Shown: positions 1 to 8,768, counted from the first letter of the stretch. The stretch is DNA of 51,634 nucleotides from Desulfuromonadaceae bacterium UBA2294 (GCA_002345625.1 DDWE01000158.1:1-51634), one strand, 5' to 3'. Made by a program: numbers and translations. The notes: generated by a model not told the origin, from the sequence alone.

Positions 1-155
1 TTTTCCATCTTGTGCTGAATGTCGGACTGCATGGCGACCGTCAATGAAGATAGCGCCACAACGGTGGCAACACCGATCATCAGTCCGACGATGAGAAAGG
101 CCATCCGGGCCTTGCGCCGCTTGAGATTTCGAATAGCAATTCCGAAGAGAGTCAC
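1..155 (-). CDS. ABC transporter permease, FtsX/MacB type (N-terminal fragment; the gene runs off the left edge)
   Basis: Not in the ORF track because it is truncated. Reverse translation from GTG at 155 gives VTLFGIAIRNLKRRKARMAFLIVGLMIGVATVVALSSLTVAMQSDIQHKME. This is the typical basic N-terminus plus first TM helix of FtsX-family permeases. An AAGGA SD lies about 7 nt upstream, and the gene starts 18 nt after the DUF2318 stop. Confidence 0.6.
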   Translation of the reverse strand, partial: MTLFGIAIRNLKRRKARMAFLIVGLMIGVATVVALSSLTVAMQSDIQHKME

Positions 156-173
156 GATTTGATCCTTTTATGG

Positions 174-692
174 TCAGGCACGCGGAAAGTAACGTACGCC
201 GGCTTGCAACTCCGACTCAATAAGAACAACTTGATCTCCTGAGATGGTGCGCGTCAACGGCGCCGGATTACAGCCCCCTTTGACTTCATTGATGCGGTCG
301 GAGCTGAACTGCTGATTGCAGTTGTTGCAAACCATGGAATCGCCCTCCTGCCGGTAACCTTTCAGAGACTTGTAACAGACATCGCAGGCATCGAAAGCGG
401 CACGAATAGCACCATCGTGACTTTTGAGCAGAAAAAATTTAGACACATTGCCATCAGCGGCACGATATGCATAATAGTGTGCCTTGCCATCCTGCACGTC
501 GGCGAGGGGCAGGGAAACCTGACCATTTTGAGCCGTAACGAAGGCATCGGCAGTGCCGGCGCCACCTCCGACGACAAAAAGTCCGACAGCGGCCAGCAGC
601 CCGGCAACAACGACCGTGGTAACGAGCAGCTTTGAGCGCCCCTTTTTGGGATCAGCGACAAATTGCTGTTTTTTATCCTGACGTGTATCCAT
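174..692 (-). CDS. DUF2318-type Cys-rich membrane-anchored protein (associated with metal uptake)
   Basis: ORF 174..743 trimmed to ATG 692 (MDTRQDKK...), which has a GGAGGA SD 5 nt upstream. It has one TM helix followed by a domain with CDVC ... CNNC ... GGCNP motifs, as I recall for DUF2318. Confidence 0.7.
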   Translation of the reverse strand: MDTRQDKKQQFVADPKKGRSKLLVTTVVVAGLLAAVGLFVVGGGAGTADAFVTAQNGQVSLPLADVQDGKAHYYAYRAADGNVSKFFLLKSHDGAIRAAFDACDVCYKSLKGYRQEGDSMVCNNCNQQFSSDRINEVKGGCNPAPLTRTISGDQVVLIESELQAGVRYFPRA

Positions 693-749
693 GCGTATCC
701 TCCAAAAATCTGTTGAATTTTGACCCTGTTTTTTTAAATTCAAAACCGT

Positions 750-1130
750 CTATAACGATTGTCCGCAACATGAGCCACCGCAACCGGAACGATTTGGCTG
801 GAGCGGCCGTGCCGGTGCGTCGAGAGCGATCGAGGTTGCCGGATAGCCGGCTGCGGTAATCGTGGCCGCGATCAAATCAGGACTGGTGCGCTTCGGGTCA
901 AACCGGACCACAGTCCGCTTCTGGCCGACGTCTGTCTGAACCTCAGATACACCATCCAGTGTTCCCACCGCCTGACGCACATTCTCCGTACAGGCACCAC
1001 ACGTCAGGCGCTCTACGGAAAAGGCCGCAGTCATCAACGTCGCCGACGCATTCTGATTAAATAAAGGCAACGCCAGAACAGACATTGCAGCCAGCACAAC
1101 AATGGACCCGACAATCAACTCTTTTTTCAT
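750..1130 (-). CDS. Secreted heavy-metal-associated (HMA) domain protein, MerP/CopZ-like, with a Cys-rich C-terminal tail
   Basis: Signal peptide MKKELIVGSIVVLAAMSVLALP, HMA metal-binding loop LTCGACTENV, C-terminal GCGGSCCG. AGGAG SD 6 nt upstream of the ATG. Confidence 0.8.
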   Translation of the reverse strand: MKKELIVGSIVVLAAMSVLALPLFNQNASATLMTAAFSVERLTCGACTENVRQAVGTLDGVSEVQTDVGQKRTVVRFDPKRTSPDLIAATITAAGYPATSIALDAPARPLQPNRSGCGGSCCGQSL

Positions 1131-1267
1131 ATGAAACTCCTTGGCAAGGGAATTTAAACATCACCCACCACTAGAGCATATGACGTGCCAAAACTCTAAA
1201 CAGCTGTTTTTATGTGATTTTCAATAATTCAAGGAGGATAAACGGTAGGAACTCGCTTTGAGTTGTT

Positions 1268-1297
1268 GAATATTCTACAGTTGAATGTAGATTATTC
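1268..1297. promoter_or_regulatory. Imperfect 12-bp inverted repeat (candidate operator) upstream of the HMA gene
   Basis: GAATATTCTACA-gttgaa-TGTAGATTATTC, with 11 of 12 positions complementary. No T-run follows on the minus strand, so it does not look like a terminator. Confidence 0.3.
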
Positions 1298-1316
1298 AGC
1301 AGTCAGGAGAATCAAT

Positions 1317-1862
1317 TTAATTATTGGAGGGGGACATACGCAGGGTATAAAATTGACCATCACGCTCAACGATAACGTGATCAGGGTTGATCCTCTGTAG
1401 ATGGTAACCGTCAATAACGGTTGCCTCCATAACCGGCAGGTCATTGAGAATGGCGATGCGTGATTGCCGATCAGATTGATAGACGATCCCGGTGAGTACT
1501 GGCAAGTTGGCCGGAAGCACTGCTACGGCTGGCGGGGACACGAAAACCGGTCTGGTGACGGATGGCACATCTGATATGGGCGAAGTAACCGGACCCACAA
1601 TTGTCGTCGGTGTAGCCGGAGCGGGTGACGGAGAGACAGACAGACTGACTGGCAATGGTGATTGTGTTGCGCTAACCAGAAGCAGCACGGCAACAAGCAG
1701 CAACATGAGAATCAGAAACAGAAAGGCCGGCAGAAGCCATTGGCGGCGGCGCCGACCATGGTCAGTTCGCAGGATATCACCGGCCACAGCAGTCGACAAC
1801 ATCTCGCCCCGTTCGGTCTTCTCCTTCTCCAGTTTGCGCAGTGCATCAAGAATTGAGCTCAT
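1317..1862 (-). CDS. GspB/ExeB-like protein (partner of the ExeA-like ATPase)
   Basis: N-terminus MSSILDALRKLEKEK is typical of GspB-family proteins. One TM helix, a Pro/Ser/Thr-rich linker, and a C-terminal LTGIVYQSDRQSRIAILND...VIDGY block. Its ATG overlaps the upstream stop (ATGA at 1859-1862). Confidence 0.55.
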   Translation of the reverse strand: MSSILDALRKLEKEKTERGEMLSTAVAGDILRTDHGRRRRQWLLPAFLFLILMLLLVAVLLLVSATQSPLPVSLSVSPSPAPATPTTIVGPVTSPISDVPSVTRPVFVSPPAVAVLPANLPVLTGIVYQSDRQSRIAILNDLPVMEATVIDGYHLQRINPDHVIVERDGQFYTLRMSPSNN

Positions 1863-3496
1863 GGCCGTCCTCCGACCTGTGCCACACCGAGTCGTGGCGG
1901 ATGGAACTGATCGCTTTGCCGGTAAAGCAACATCAGGGTCAGTGGCCCGACCCGACCATCCTGTACAATGCCAACTTGTGCCTGAAAACGGGTCACGGCA
2001 GCAATGGTTGCATCATCATAAATACCACTGGATGAACCCTGATATAACCCGGCTTGTTGCAGCAAGCTTTGCACGTCGCGCACATCGGCGTGACTTTGAC
2101 CCGCAACCGACACCGAGGACAGGTTGAGATAGTTCTGCCAAGGGAGCCAGGCGCGACCACTATAAAGAGCCTTGAGCTCATCGGCGCTCAATCCCTGACC
2201 GACCGGATCGGGGACAACCTGAAACCCATTTGCCACAGTACTGATAACGGCCAGATACCGATGGCCGCTGACCGCCGGCAAACGCAATTCGAGTAAAAAA
2301 GGGGCATCGAAAGCCAGCAATGCAGCAGGATCGCCAGTATAGACAAGCCAGCGCCAGGAATATTTCGATGAATTGTGCTCAAGGGCCTGAGGCGAAACCG
2401 GAAAAGCATCCCCCTCAGCATTGCAAACTGCCGTCAGTGTCTGCATGGCCATAGTAAAAGAACTTTGCTCATCTATCCCTGACAGCCCGTTGCGAAACTG
2501 GCTGAGGCGCTGTGACGTCGGAATCAGCGAACTGGCCACATCAGGAACTACAGCGACGGTAGAGGCAACCGGAGGGGCAGCATTCACCGGAGCGCGATTG
2601 AGATACGCGGCGTAAAGACCACCAACGAGCAATATGACTGTAACAGCGGCAGACAACAAAGAGCGGTAGCGCCGATTGCGTGCTTTTGGCCGTTCCAGCT
2701 CGCGCACGGCAAGACGCAGATCATTGGCACTGACTTGCCGTCGATCGGCACTGTAGGCGGCGAGCAGGGCGCGATCAGTCAGCACATTGACCAAACGCGG
2801 CAAACCTCCGGAGGCCCGGTAAATGGCACGCAGGGCTGCCGGTGACACCAGAGCTTCAGGCTGAAGTGCACCCGCTATCCGTAACCGGTGTAATACATAA
2901 GCGCCGGTGTCACGCCGATCCATGGGGCGAAGGTGGTACCGAACGGCGATTCGCTGACTGAGTTGGCGCAGATTGGGCTGGGCGAGTAGTTCGCCCAGTT
3001 CCGGCTGGCCGACCAGAACGATCTGAATCAGCTTATCGGTCTCGGTCTCCAGATTAGACAGTAGACGGATCTGCTCCAGAACCGGTGCAGTGAGATTCTG
3101 CGCCTCGTCGATGACCAGAACCACGGTGCGACCGGCTTTATTTTCGGCCAGTAAAAAAAGGTTGAGTCGATCGAGCAGATCCCGTCGATCTGTGACGGCG
3201 GCATCAAGGCCGAATTCTCGACAGATAGCGGCCAGCAACTCTTCCGCCGACAGGCTCGGATTAAAAATGAGCGCCAGACGAAAATCCTGATTGACCAGTT
3301 GTTCGAACAGTGTCCGCAACATGGTGGTTTTGCCCGCACCAACTTCGCCGGTAATCTCGATAAACCCGCAACGACTCTGCAGACCATACAGCAGGTGCGC
3401 AAAAACCTCACGATGCTGTCGGCTCAGAAAGACGAAGCGCGGATTAGGTGTGATGTTGAAGGGTTTTTCCTGTAAACCGAAATAACGCAGGTACAT
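1859..3496 (-). CDS. ExeA/GspA-like AAA ATPase with a C-terminal peptidoglycan-binding domain
   Basis: MYLRYFGLQEKPFNITPNPRFVF start, Walker A GEVGAGKTT, Walker B VLVIDEAQ, a mid-protein TM segment, and a C-terminal PG_binding_1-like LQQAGLYQGSSSGIYDDATIAAVTRFQ. Confidence 0.8.
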   Translation of the reverse strand: MYLRYFGLQEKPFNITPNPRFVFLSRQHREVFAHLLYGLQSRCGFIEITGEVGAGKTTMLRTLFEQLVNQDFRLALIFNPSLSAEELLAAICREFGLDAAVTDRRDLLDRLNLFLLAENKAGRTVVLVIDEAQNLTAPVLEQIRLLSNLETETDKLIQIVLVGQPELGELLAQPNLRQLSQRIAVRYHLRPMDRRDTGAYVLHRLRIAGALQPEALVSPAALRAIYRASGGLPRLVNVLTDRALLAAYSADRRQVSANDLRLAVRELERPKARNRRYRSLLSAAVTVILLVGGLYAAYLNRAPVNAAPPVASTVAVVPDVASSLIPTSQRLSQFRNGLSGIDEQSSFTMAMQTLTAVCNAEGDAFPVSPQALEHNSSKYSWRWLVYTGDPAALLAFDAPFLLELRLPAVSGHRYLAVISTVANGFQVVPDPVGQGLSADELKALYSGRAWLPWQNYLNLSSVSVAGQSHADVRDVQSLLQQAGLYQGSSSGIYDDATIAAVTRFQAQVGIVQDGRVGPLTLMLLYRQSDQFHPPRLGVAQVGGRP

Positions 3497-3722
3497 AAAA
3501 CCATTCCGTTGGTTAAGGCTTTTGCCGCATTATTCAGGACATGAGATAATTAAGCAAGGGAGTTCCCTGCCTAAAAACTGATTCATGGCCGATAATACCG
3601 TAACACAGCATGGTCCTTTCGATTTACAGGCTAGATACAGGCAAAGATCGATCAATTTTTGCTGACGGCGGATAAAAACCTGTTACCATGTCAGCTCAAA
3701 TCACATTTAACTGGAGCTGACT

Positions 3723-5423
3723 ATGAGCGACTGGCGCAAATATCTCACCGAACCGCGTATTGCCTATTTCTCTATGGAGATCGGTATCTCCAATGACATC
3801 CCTACCTTCAGCGGCGGTCTCGGTGTGCTGGCCGGAGATACGATCAAAAGTGCGGCCGATCTTAAGCTTCCTCTGGTCGCCATTACCCTGATCTATCGTA
3901 TGGGGTACTTTCGGCAAAGCCTGAACCCGAAAGGCTGGCAGATTGAATCGCCGCGTCCCTGGCGACCGGAACAGTATATGACTCTTCTGCCGACAAAAAC
4001 CCTGGTTACCATTGATGGTCGAGACGTTAAAATCCAGGCATGGGTCTATCGGGTCAAGAGCCCGACCGGTGGCGAAATTCCGGTTCTGTTCCTTGATACC
4101 GACATTCCAGGCAATCAGGAAGAAGATCGCCACCTCACCGACTATCTGTACGGCGGGGACAAGAACTATCGCTTGAAACAGGAGATCATTCTCGGCATAG
4201 GCGGTGCGCGCATCCTCGATGTCCTCGGCTTTACTATCCGCAAATACCATATGAACGAAGGGCACGCCGCCCTGCTGACCCTGGAACTGTTGAATCGCCC
4301 AAAACACCCCCTGGAAGAGGATTGGGACGACCGGGTCCATCGTGCCGCCGAGCAGTGTGTCTTCACAACCCATACCCCGGTTGAGGCTGGACACGACCGC
4401 TTCCCTTACCCGGTCGTTGAGCAGATTCTCGGCGAAATGATTCCCTATCCACAGCTGAAAAAAATGGCTGGGGAAGATGAAATGAACATGACCGTGCTCG
4501 CCCTCAACCTCAGCAGTTATGTAAACGGTGTTGCAAAAAAACATGGCGAGGTCTCCAAATCCCTGTTTCCCGGGTTTCAGATTCACGCCATAACCAACGG
4601 CGTCCACCCCTTCACCTGGACCTCGCTTTACTTTGTCGACCTCTTCGACCGCTATCTGCCTGGATGGGCCAACGAACCGGAACTGCTGGTTCGCGTCGAG
4701 ACAATCCCGGATGAAGATATATGGGAAGCGCATGCCGGGGCTAAGGCTTATCTGTTTCAGTACATCGAAGAGAGCACAGGGGTCCATTTTGACCCTGAGA
4801 TCCTGACCATCGGCTTCGCCCGGCGTGCGGCGGCTTATAAGCGCGGCGATCTTATTTTTTCAGATATCAACCGGATACTGGAGATCGGCAAGGGCAAGAT
4901 TCAGCTGGTTTTCGGCGGCAAAGCCCACCCTCAGGACACCCTGGGCAAAGAGCTTATTCAGAGGATCGTCCAACATATCGAATCCCTCCACGGGCAGATC
5001 AGTGCGGTCTATCTGGAAAACTACAACATGGAAATAGCGGCACGGCTGATCCCCGGCGTCGATCTATGGCTCAACAACCCCTTGCGCCCCCTTGAGGCGT
5101 CAGGCACCAGCGGCATGAAGGCAACGTTAAACGGGGTGCCAAATTTCAGCGTTCTCGATGGGTGGTGGATCGAAGGTCATATGGAGGGAATCACCGGTTG
5201 GGCCATCGGCCCTCACCCGGATGGGACATCTGCCGACCCCAACTCCTCCGAAGTCGATGCCCTCGACCTTTATGAAAAGCTGGAGAAGATTATTGTACCG
5301 CTTTACTATGAAAACCGGCCCGCATGGATTCGCGTGATGAAAAATGCTATCAGCATGAATGCTTCGTACTTTAATACCCATGTCATGATGCGCCGCTACG
5401 TTACCGAGGCCTACCTGCGTTGA
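3723..5423 (+). CDS. glgP: Alpha-glucan (glycogen/maltodextrin) phosphorylase, short GT35 type
   Basis: IAYFSMEIG...GGLGVLAGD N-terminus and the PLP-lysine motif EASGTSGMKATLNG. GGAG SD upstream of the ATG. Confidence 0.9.
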   Translation: MSDWRKYLTEPRIAYFSMEIGISNDIPTFSGGLGVLAGDTIKSAADLKLPLVAITLIYRMGYFRQSLNPKGWQIESPRPWRPEQYMTLLPTKTLVTIDGRDVKIQAWVYRVKSPTGGEIPVLFLDTDIPGNQEEDRHLTDYLYGGDKNYRLKQEIILGIGGARILDVLGFTIRKYHMNEGHAALLTLELLNRPKHPLEEDWDDRVHRAAEQCVFTTHTPVEAGHDRFPYPVVEQILGEMIPYPQLKKMAGEDEMNMTVLALNLSSYVNGVAKKHGEVSKSLFPGFQIHAITNGVHPFTWTSLYFVDLFDRYLPGWANEPELLVRVETIPDEDIWEAHAGAKAYLFQYIEESTGVHFDPEILTIGFARRAAAYKRGDLIFSDINRILEIGKGKIQLVFGGKAHPQDTLGKELIQRIVQHIESLHGQISAVYLENYNMEIAARLIPGVDLWLNNPLRPLEASGTSGMKATLNGVPNFSVLDGWWIEGHMEGITGWAIGPHPDGTSADPNSSEVDALDLYEKLEKIIVPLYYENRPAWIRVMKNAISMNASYFNTHVMMRRYVTEAYLR

Positions 5424-5468
5424 CCATCAAAGACACCTTTGATGATTTGACAAGATGATCAACTCAAC

Positions 5469-5498
5469 AAAAATGCCGGCTTCATGCCGGCATTTTTA
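5469..5498. terminator. Bidirectional intrinsic terminator between glgP and the convergent small ORFs
   Basis: AAAAATGCCGGC-ttcat-GCCGGCATTTTT: a GC-rich stem flanked by an A-run and a T-run. Confidence 0.7.
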
Positions 5499-5515
5499 TT
5501 AAATCAACTAGACTC

Positions 5516-5749
5516 CTAGAATTCGTAACGAACGCCGGTTGGCGAATACGCCGCAGAAGGCATCTGCCCCTCCCTTTCGACATGCCGTCGCCGCAGGCAA
5601 TCACCTGCAAACGGCCCTCGACAATAAATTCTCTTCAACTCATCCAGAACACCTGACAGCTCAGTATTCGCAAACTCGCCGAAAAAAGCGCACTGACTCA
5701 AATAACTGCACTCAGGCACCTGAGATCCTGAAATGTTATCTTTTTTCAC
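5516..5749 (-). CDS. Hypothetical small Cys-rich protein (77 aa)
   Basis: ORF only. It has five Cys (ECSYLSQCAFF...YCRGPFAGDC). I do not recognise a family. Confidence 0.35.
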   Translation of the reverse strand: MKKDNISGSQVPECSYLSQCAFFGEFANTELSGVLDELKRIYCRGPFAGDCLRRRHVEREGQMPSAAYSPTGVRYEF

Positions 5750-5758
5750 CGTTCCCCC

Positions 5759-6097
5759 TCACTGACTAGCGGCACGACGCATACGTAATGTATGCGACAG
5801 GGTTAACGTATTGACCACACCAAAATAATGACCTTCATACCATGCCAGATCACGACGTAATTGTTTAAGCTGAAAGCGGCTGTGCAGAACGGCAAAAACC
5901 CAAGTAAAAGTCATGGCTATAAACAGCCACTGACTACCGCTCCAGCTGAACAGGGAATTGATCAGAATATAACCGATCAACGCGCCAATACTATAAGGAA
6001 GGATAATCCTTGCCGCCAGACCGATCAGCACCCCGAACAAGGGGAGGAACAGACTATACAGCAGAAAAGCACTAACAATCGCAAGCAGCTCCCACAT
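5759..6097 (-). CDS. Hypothetical small membrane protein (112 aa, about 3 TM helices)
   Basis: ORF 5759..6238 trimmed to ATG 6097 (MWELLAIVSAF...), which has a GAGGAGG SD. The sequence is hydrophobic, with helices predicted by eye. Confidence 0.5.
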   Translation of the reverse strand: MWELLAIVSAFLLYSLFLPLFGVLIGLAARIILPYSIGALIGYILINSLFSWSGSQWLFIAMTFTWVFAVLHSRFQLKQLRRDLAWYEGHYFGVVNTLTLSHTLRMRRAASQ

Positions 6098-6223
6098 GAC
6101 GGCCTCCTCTTCCAGAAGTTTTTCTTCGTAATTACTAACATAATCGAACAGAAAGTAAACATTTTTAATGTAAAATTTATCAGATATCGAATTCAATATC
6201 GTTCGCTGAGCAATAAAAATATG

Positions 6224-6261
6224 AAAAAAAACCGCCACCCGATAAACAATCAGGTGGCGGT
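6224..6261 (-). terminator. Intrinsic terminator downstream of tRNA-Arg
   Basis: Minus strand: ACCGCCACC-13 nt loop-GGTGGCGGT followed by T7-8. Confidence 0.7.
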
Positions 6262-6268
6262 TTCAATA

Positions 6269-6345
6269 TGGCGGCCCCGACGAGATTCGAACTCATGGCC
6301 TACCGCTTAGGAGGCGGTTGCTCTATCCAGCTGAGCTACGGGGCC
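6269..6345 (-). tRNA. tRNA-Arg (anticodon CCT)
   Basis: Folded by hand as a cloverleaf: acceptor GGCCCCG/CGGGGCC, D-arm GCTC..GAGC, anticodon arm ACCGC-CTCCTAA-GCGGT, T-arm ATGAG-TTCGAAT-CTCGT, discriminator G, encoded CCA. Confidence 0.95.
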
Positions 6346-6358
6346 AATATGTGTCAAA

Positions 6359-6877
6359 TCAGTCGAACTGTAACAGACTGTAGACCTTGTCTTTCGGCAG
6401 GCGCTGACGGCCATTAAGAAAAGTCAGTTCGGTCATAAAAGCACATTCAACGACTTCGGCACCGAGGCTCTCGACCAGATCAACAACGGCGCTGACGGTG
6501 CCTCCTGTGGCCAGCAGATCATCAGCGATGATGACACGATCTCCCGGTTTCAAGGCATCTTCGTGAATCTCCAGCGAATCTGTACCGTATTCAAGGGCAT
6601 AGTCTTTTGATTTGATCCGAAACGGCAGCTTGCCCGGCTTACGAACCAGGGTAACGCCAGCACCCAGTTTGTAAGCCAGAACCGAGCCGAGGATAAAACC
6701 GCGCGCTTCGACCCCGACAACCTGGTCAATTTTCTGCCCGAAATATCGATGTGCGATGAGATCAATCATCCGATGGAAACTGCGACTGTCCGAGAGCAGG
6801 GTTGTAATATCTTTGAAGTCAATCCCCTCTTTCGGAAAATTAGGGATACTACGGATCATACTTTTCAGTTCTTCCAC
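6359..6877 (-). CDS. apt: Adenine phosphoribosyltransferase
   Basis: [15 protein letters not shown] and the PRPP-binding [13 protein letters not shown] motif. GTG start with a GGAGG SD 4 nt upstream. Confidence 0.95.
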   Translation of the reverse strand: MEELKSMIRSIPNFPKEGIDFKDITTLLSDSRSFHRMIDLIAHRYFGQKIDQVVGVEARGFILGSVLAYKLGAGVTLVRKPGKLPFRIKSKDYALEYGTDSLEIHEDALKPGDRVIIADDLLATGGTVSAVVDLVESLGAEVVECAFMTELTFLNGRQRLPKDKVYSLLQFD

Positions 6878-6907
6878 AAAACCTCCACGAGTACAGGGAG
6901 AGCAGGA

Positions 6908-7876
6908 TTACAGGGAGTCTTGCCGGTCTTCAACCAGTCGACGAAGTTTTTCAATACTTTTAGATTCAATCTGCCGAATGCGCTCACGGGTAACGCCGAA
7001 TTTCCGGCCGATGGTATCGAGAGTTTGCGGCTCACGGTCATTAAGGCCGAAGCGCAATTCGAGTATTTCCTGCTCATTTTCCGGCAAAGTCGACAGCCAA
7101 TCGGAGACATGCGCATATTTATTCAGCTCTTCAATCAATGCTGCCGGGTTCGTAGCATTGGTATCTTCGACCGTATCAATCAGGGAGTAATCGCTGTTCT
7201 CTCCCATCGGGTGTTCGATGGAATAGGTCTTTTTAACCAGGGTCATCAATCGCCCTACATGTTGCGGATCGACCCCCATCACCTCGGCAACCTCTTCGGG
7301 CTCAGGGTCACGATTGAGTTTGGTCACCAGTTCCCTGACAATTTTAAGACATTTGTTTATATCGTCAGAGACATGAACCGGTAGTCGAATGGTACGACTC
7401 TGATTAACCAGTGCGCGCTCGATTGACTGCCGAATCCACCAGGTCGCATAGGTGGAAAAGCGGCATTCTTTACTGACCTGAAACCGCTCAACCGCCTTGA
7501 TCAAACCGACATTCCCCTCCTCGATCAGGTCGAGGAATGGCAGTCCACGATTCATATAACGTTTGGCGATTTTGACCACCAGTCGTAAATTTGACTCAAT
7601 CATGCGTGCCCGGGCTGCTTCATCCCCTGTCGCAATAAGATTGGCAAGATCCCGCTCTTCCTGAGCGGTCAACAGTGTCCCTTTTTGAATCTCTTTCAGG
7701 TAAAGCTTGATCGCGTCTCCGTAATGGCTCTCTTCGCTCTCAGCCACCTCGATTTCAACGTCATCATCCGCGTCGTCGTCCTCAAACCCATCCGATTCTG
7801 CTGAAGCCTGAAAATCGACATCCTGTTCAGAATCATCACTGGTTTCGGAATCAATGTCCTGATCGTCTTCGTTCAC
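6908..7876 (-). CDS. rpoS: RNA polymerase sigma factor, RpoS-like (group 2 sigma-70)
   Basis: Regions 2-4 are readable ([63 protein letters not shown]). The N-terminal ~50 aa are acidic. It sits directly downstream of nlpD, as in E. coli. GTG start. Confidence 0.85.
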   Translation of the reverse strand: MNEDDQDIDSETSDDSEQDVDFQASAESDGFEDDDADDDVEIEVAESEESHYGDAIKLYLKEIQKGTLLTAQEERDLANLIATGDEAARARMIESNLRLVVKIAKRYMNRGLPFLDLIEEGNVGLIKAVERFQVSKECRFSTYATWWIRQSIERALVNQSRTIRLPVHVSDDINKCLKIVRELVTKLNRDPEPEEVAEVMGVDPQHVGRLMTLVKKTYSIEHPMGENSDYSLIDTVEDTNATNPAALIEELNKYAHVSDWLSTLPENEQEILELRFGLNDREPQTLDTIGRKFGVTRERIRQIESKSIEKLRRLVEDRQDSL

Positions 7877-7924
7877 ATCTCCCCCTATCGGTTAGAGAGC
7901 TGAAATACTAGAAACCTGCATGTG

Positions 7925-8710
7925 TTATGGCAAGTAAAAAATGGGGTCGACCGGCTTTTTACCCTGCCTAATTTCAAAGTAAAGCCGGACACTTCCGCCG
8001 GCAGGCGGAACTCCGGCAAGGGCAATTTTCTCACCTTTACTGACAAATGCCCCCACATCGACCAGATTCTTACGGTTGTAACCGTAAACCGTAAACAGGG
8101 TATCATCATGGCGGATAATAATGAGATTACCGTAACCGGTAATCCCGTCACCACTGTAAATCACCTTTCCGGCTGCCGCTGAGGCGACCGGAGTATCGGC
8201 CGCAACCGCGATTTCGAGCCCTTTACTCCCACCGGTCCGAGTATCGAATTTCTTAACCACTGAACCACGGACCGGCCAGATCAATTTACCCTTGGCAAGG
8301 GTTGTAGCGGATCTGGGTTCAGGAGCAACCGACTTTACCGAAGGCGGGCGGGATGTCGCTGCCGGCTTTTCTGTTGGCTTTGCGGTTGCCGTAGCAGGTG
8401 AAGCGGATTTCGATATCGCCCGTTTTTTAATCGGTGATGGATCGACAATATCTGGATGAATCGTCACCGGAACAGCAATCGTATGGCTGGCGCCCGGTAT
8501 ATAAATTCGTTCACCAACTCTTAATTGAGTCGGATCACTGATCCGGTTGATGCGTGCCAGATACTGCTCATCAACACCATAAACCTTGCTGATGGTATAC
8601 AGGGTCTGCCCTTTGGCAACGACATGATAAACCGATGACGACCGCGAGCCGGCACACGACGTCACGAAAGGTAAAAACAGAAACAAGACTATGAACAGGT
8701 TCCTACGCAT
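7925..8710 (-). CDS. nlpD: LysM plus degenerate LytM (M23) lipoprotein, NlpD-like
   Basis: Lipobox VTSC, LysM domain YHVVAKGQTLYTISKVYGV, and an M23 fold GYGNLIIIRHDD in which the metal-ligand positions are substituted. Confidence 0.85.
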   Translation of the reverse strand: MRRNLFIVLFLFLPFVTSCAGSRSSSVYHVVAKGQTLYTISKVYGVDEQYLARINRISDPTQLRVGERIYIPGASHTIAVPVTIHPDIVDPSPIKKRAISKSASPATATAKPTEKPAATSRPPSVKSVAPEPRSATTLAKGKLIWPVRGSVVKKFDTRTGGSKGLEIAVAADTPVASAAAGKVIYSGDGITGYGNLIIIRHDDTLFTVYGYNRKNLVDVGAFVSKGEKIALAGVPPAGGSVRLYFEIRQGKKPVDPIFYLP

Positions 8711-8768
8711 CGATCCTTCGCAGTGAATGTGATGCCACTCTAGCGAAAAAGAAGCAACAAGGTCAACT

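Noticed and set aside
3696-4787. 363-aa minus-strand ORF antisense to glgP.
   Set aside because: It lies entirely inside a confidently identified gene on the other strand. The translation has no recognisable motifs and a low-complexity, odd composition. It is a typical shadow ORF of GC-rich coding DNA.
5424-6358. A genomic island integrated at tRNA-Arg(CCT).
   Set aside because: There is no integrase. I could find no direct repeat of the tRNA 3' end near 5424-5760. The segment is under 1 kb. I kept only the weaker observation of an AT-rich two-ORF micro-locus.
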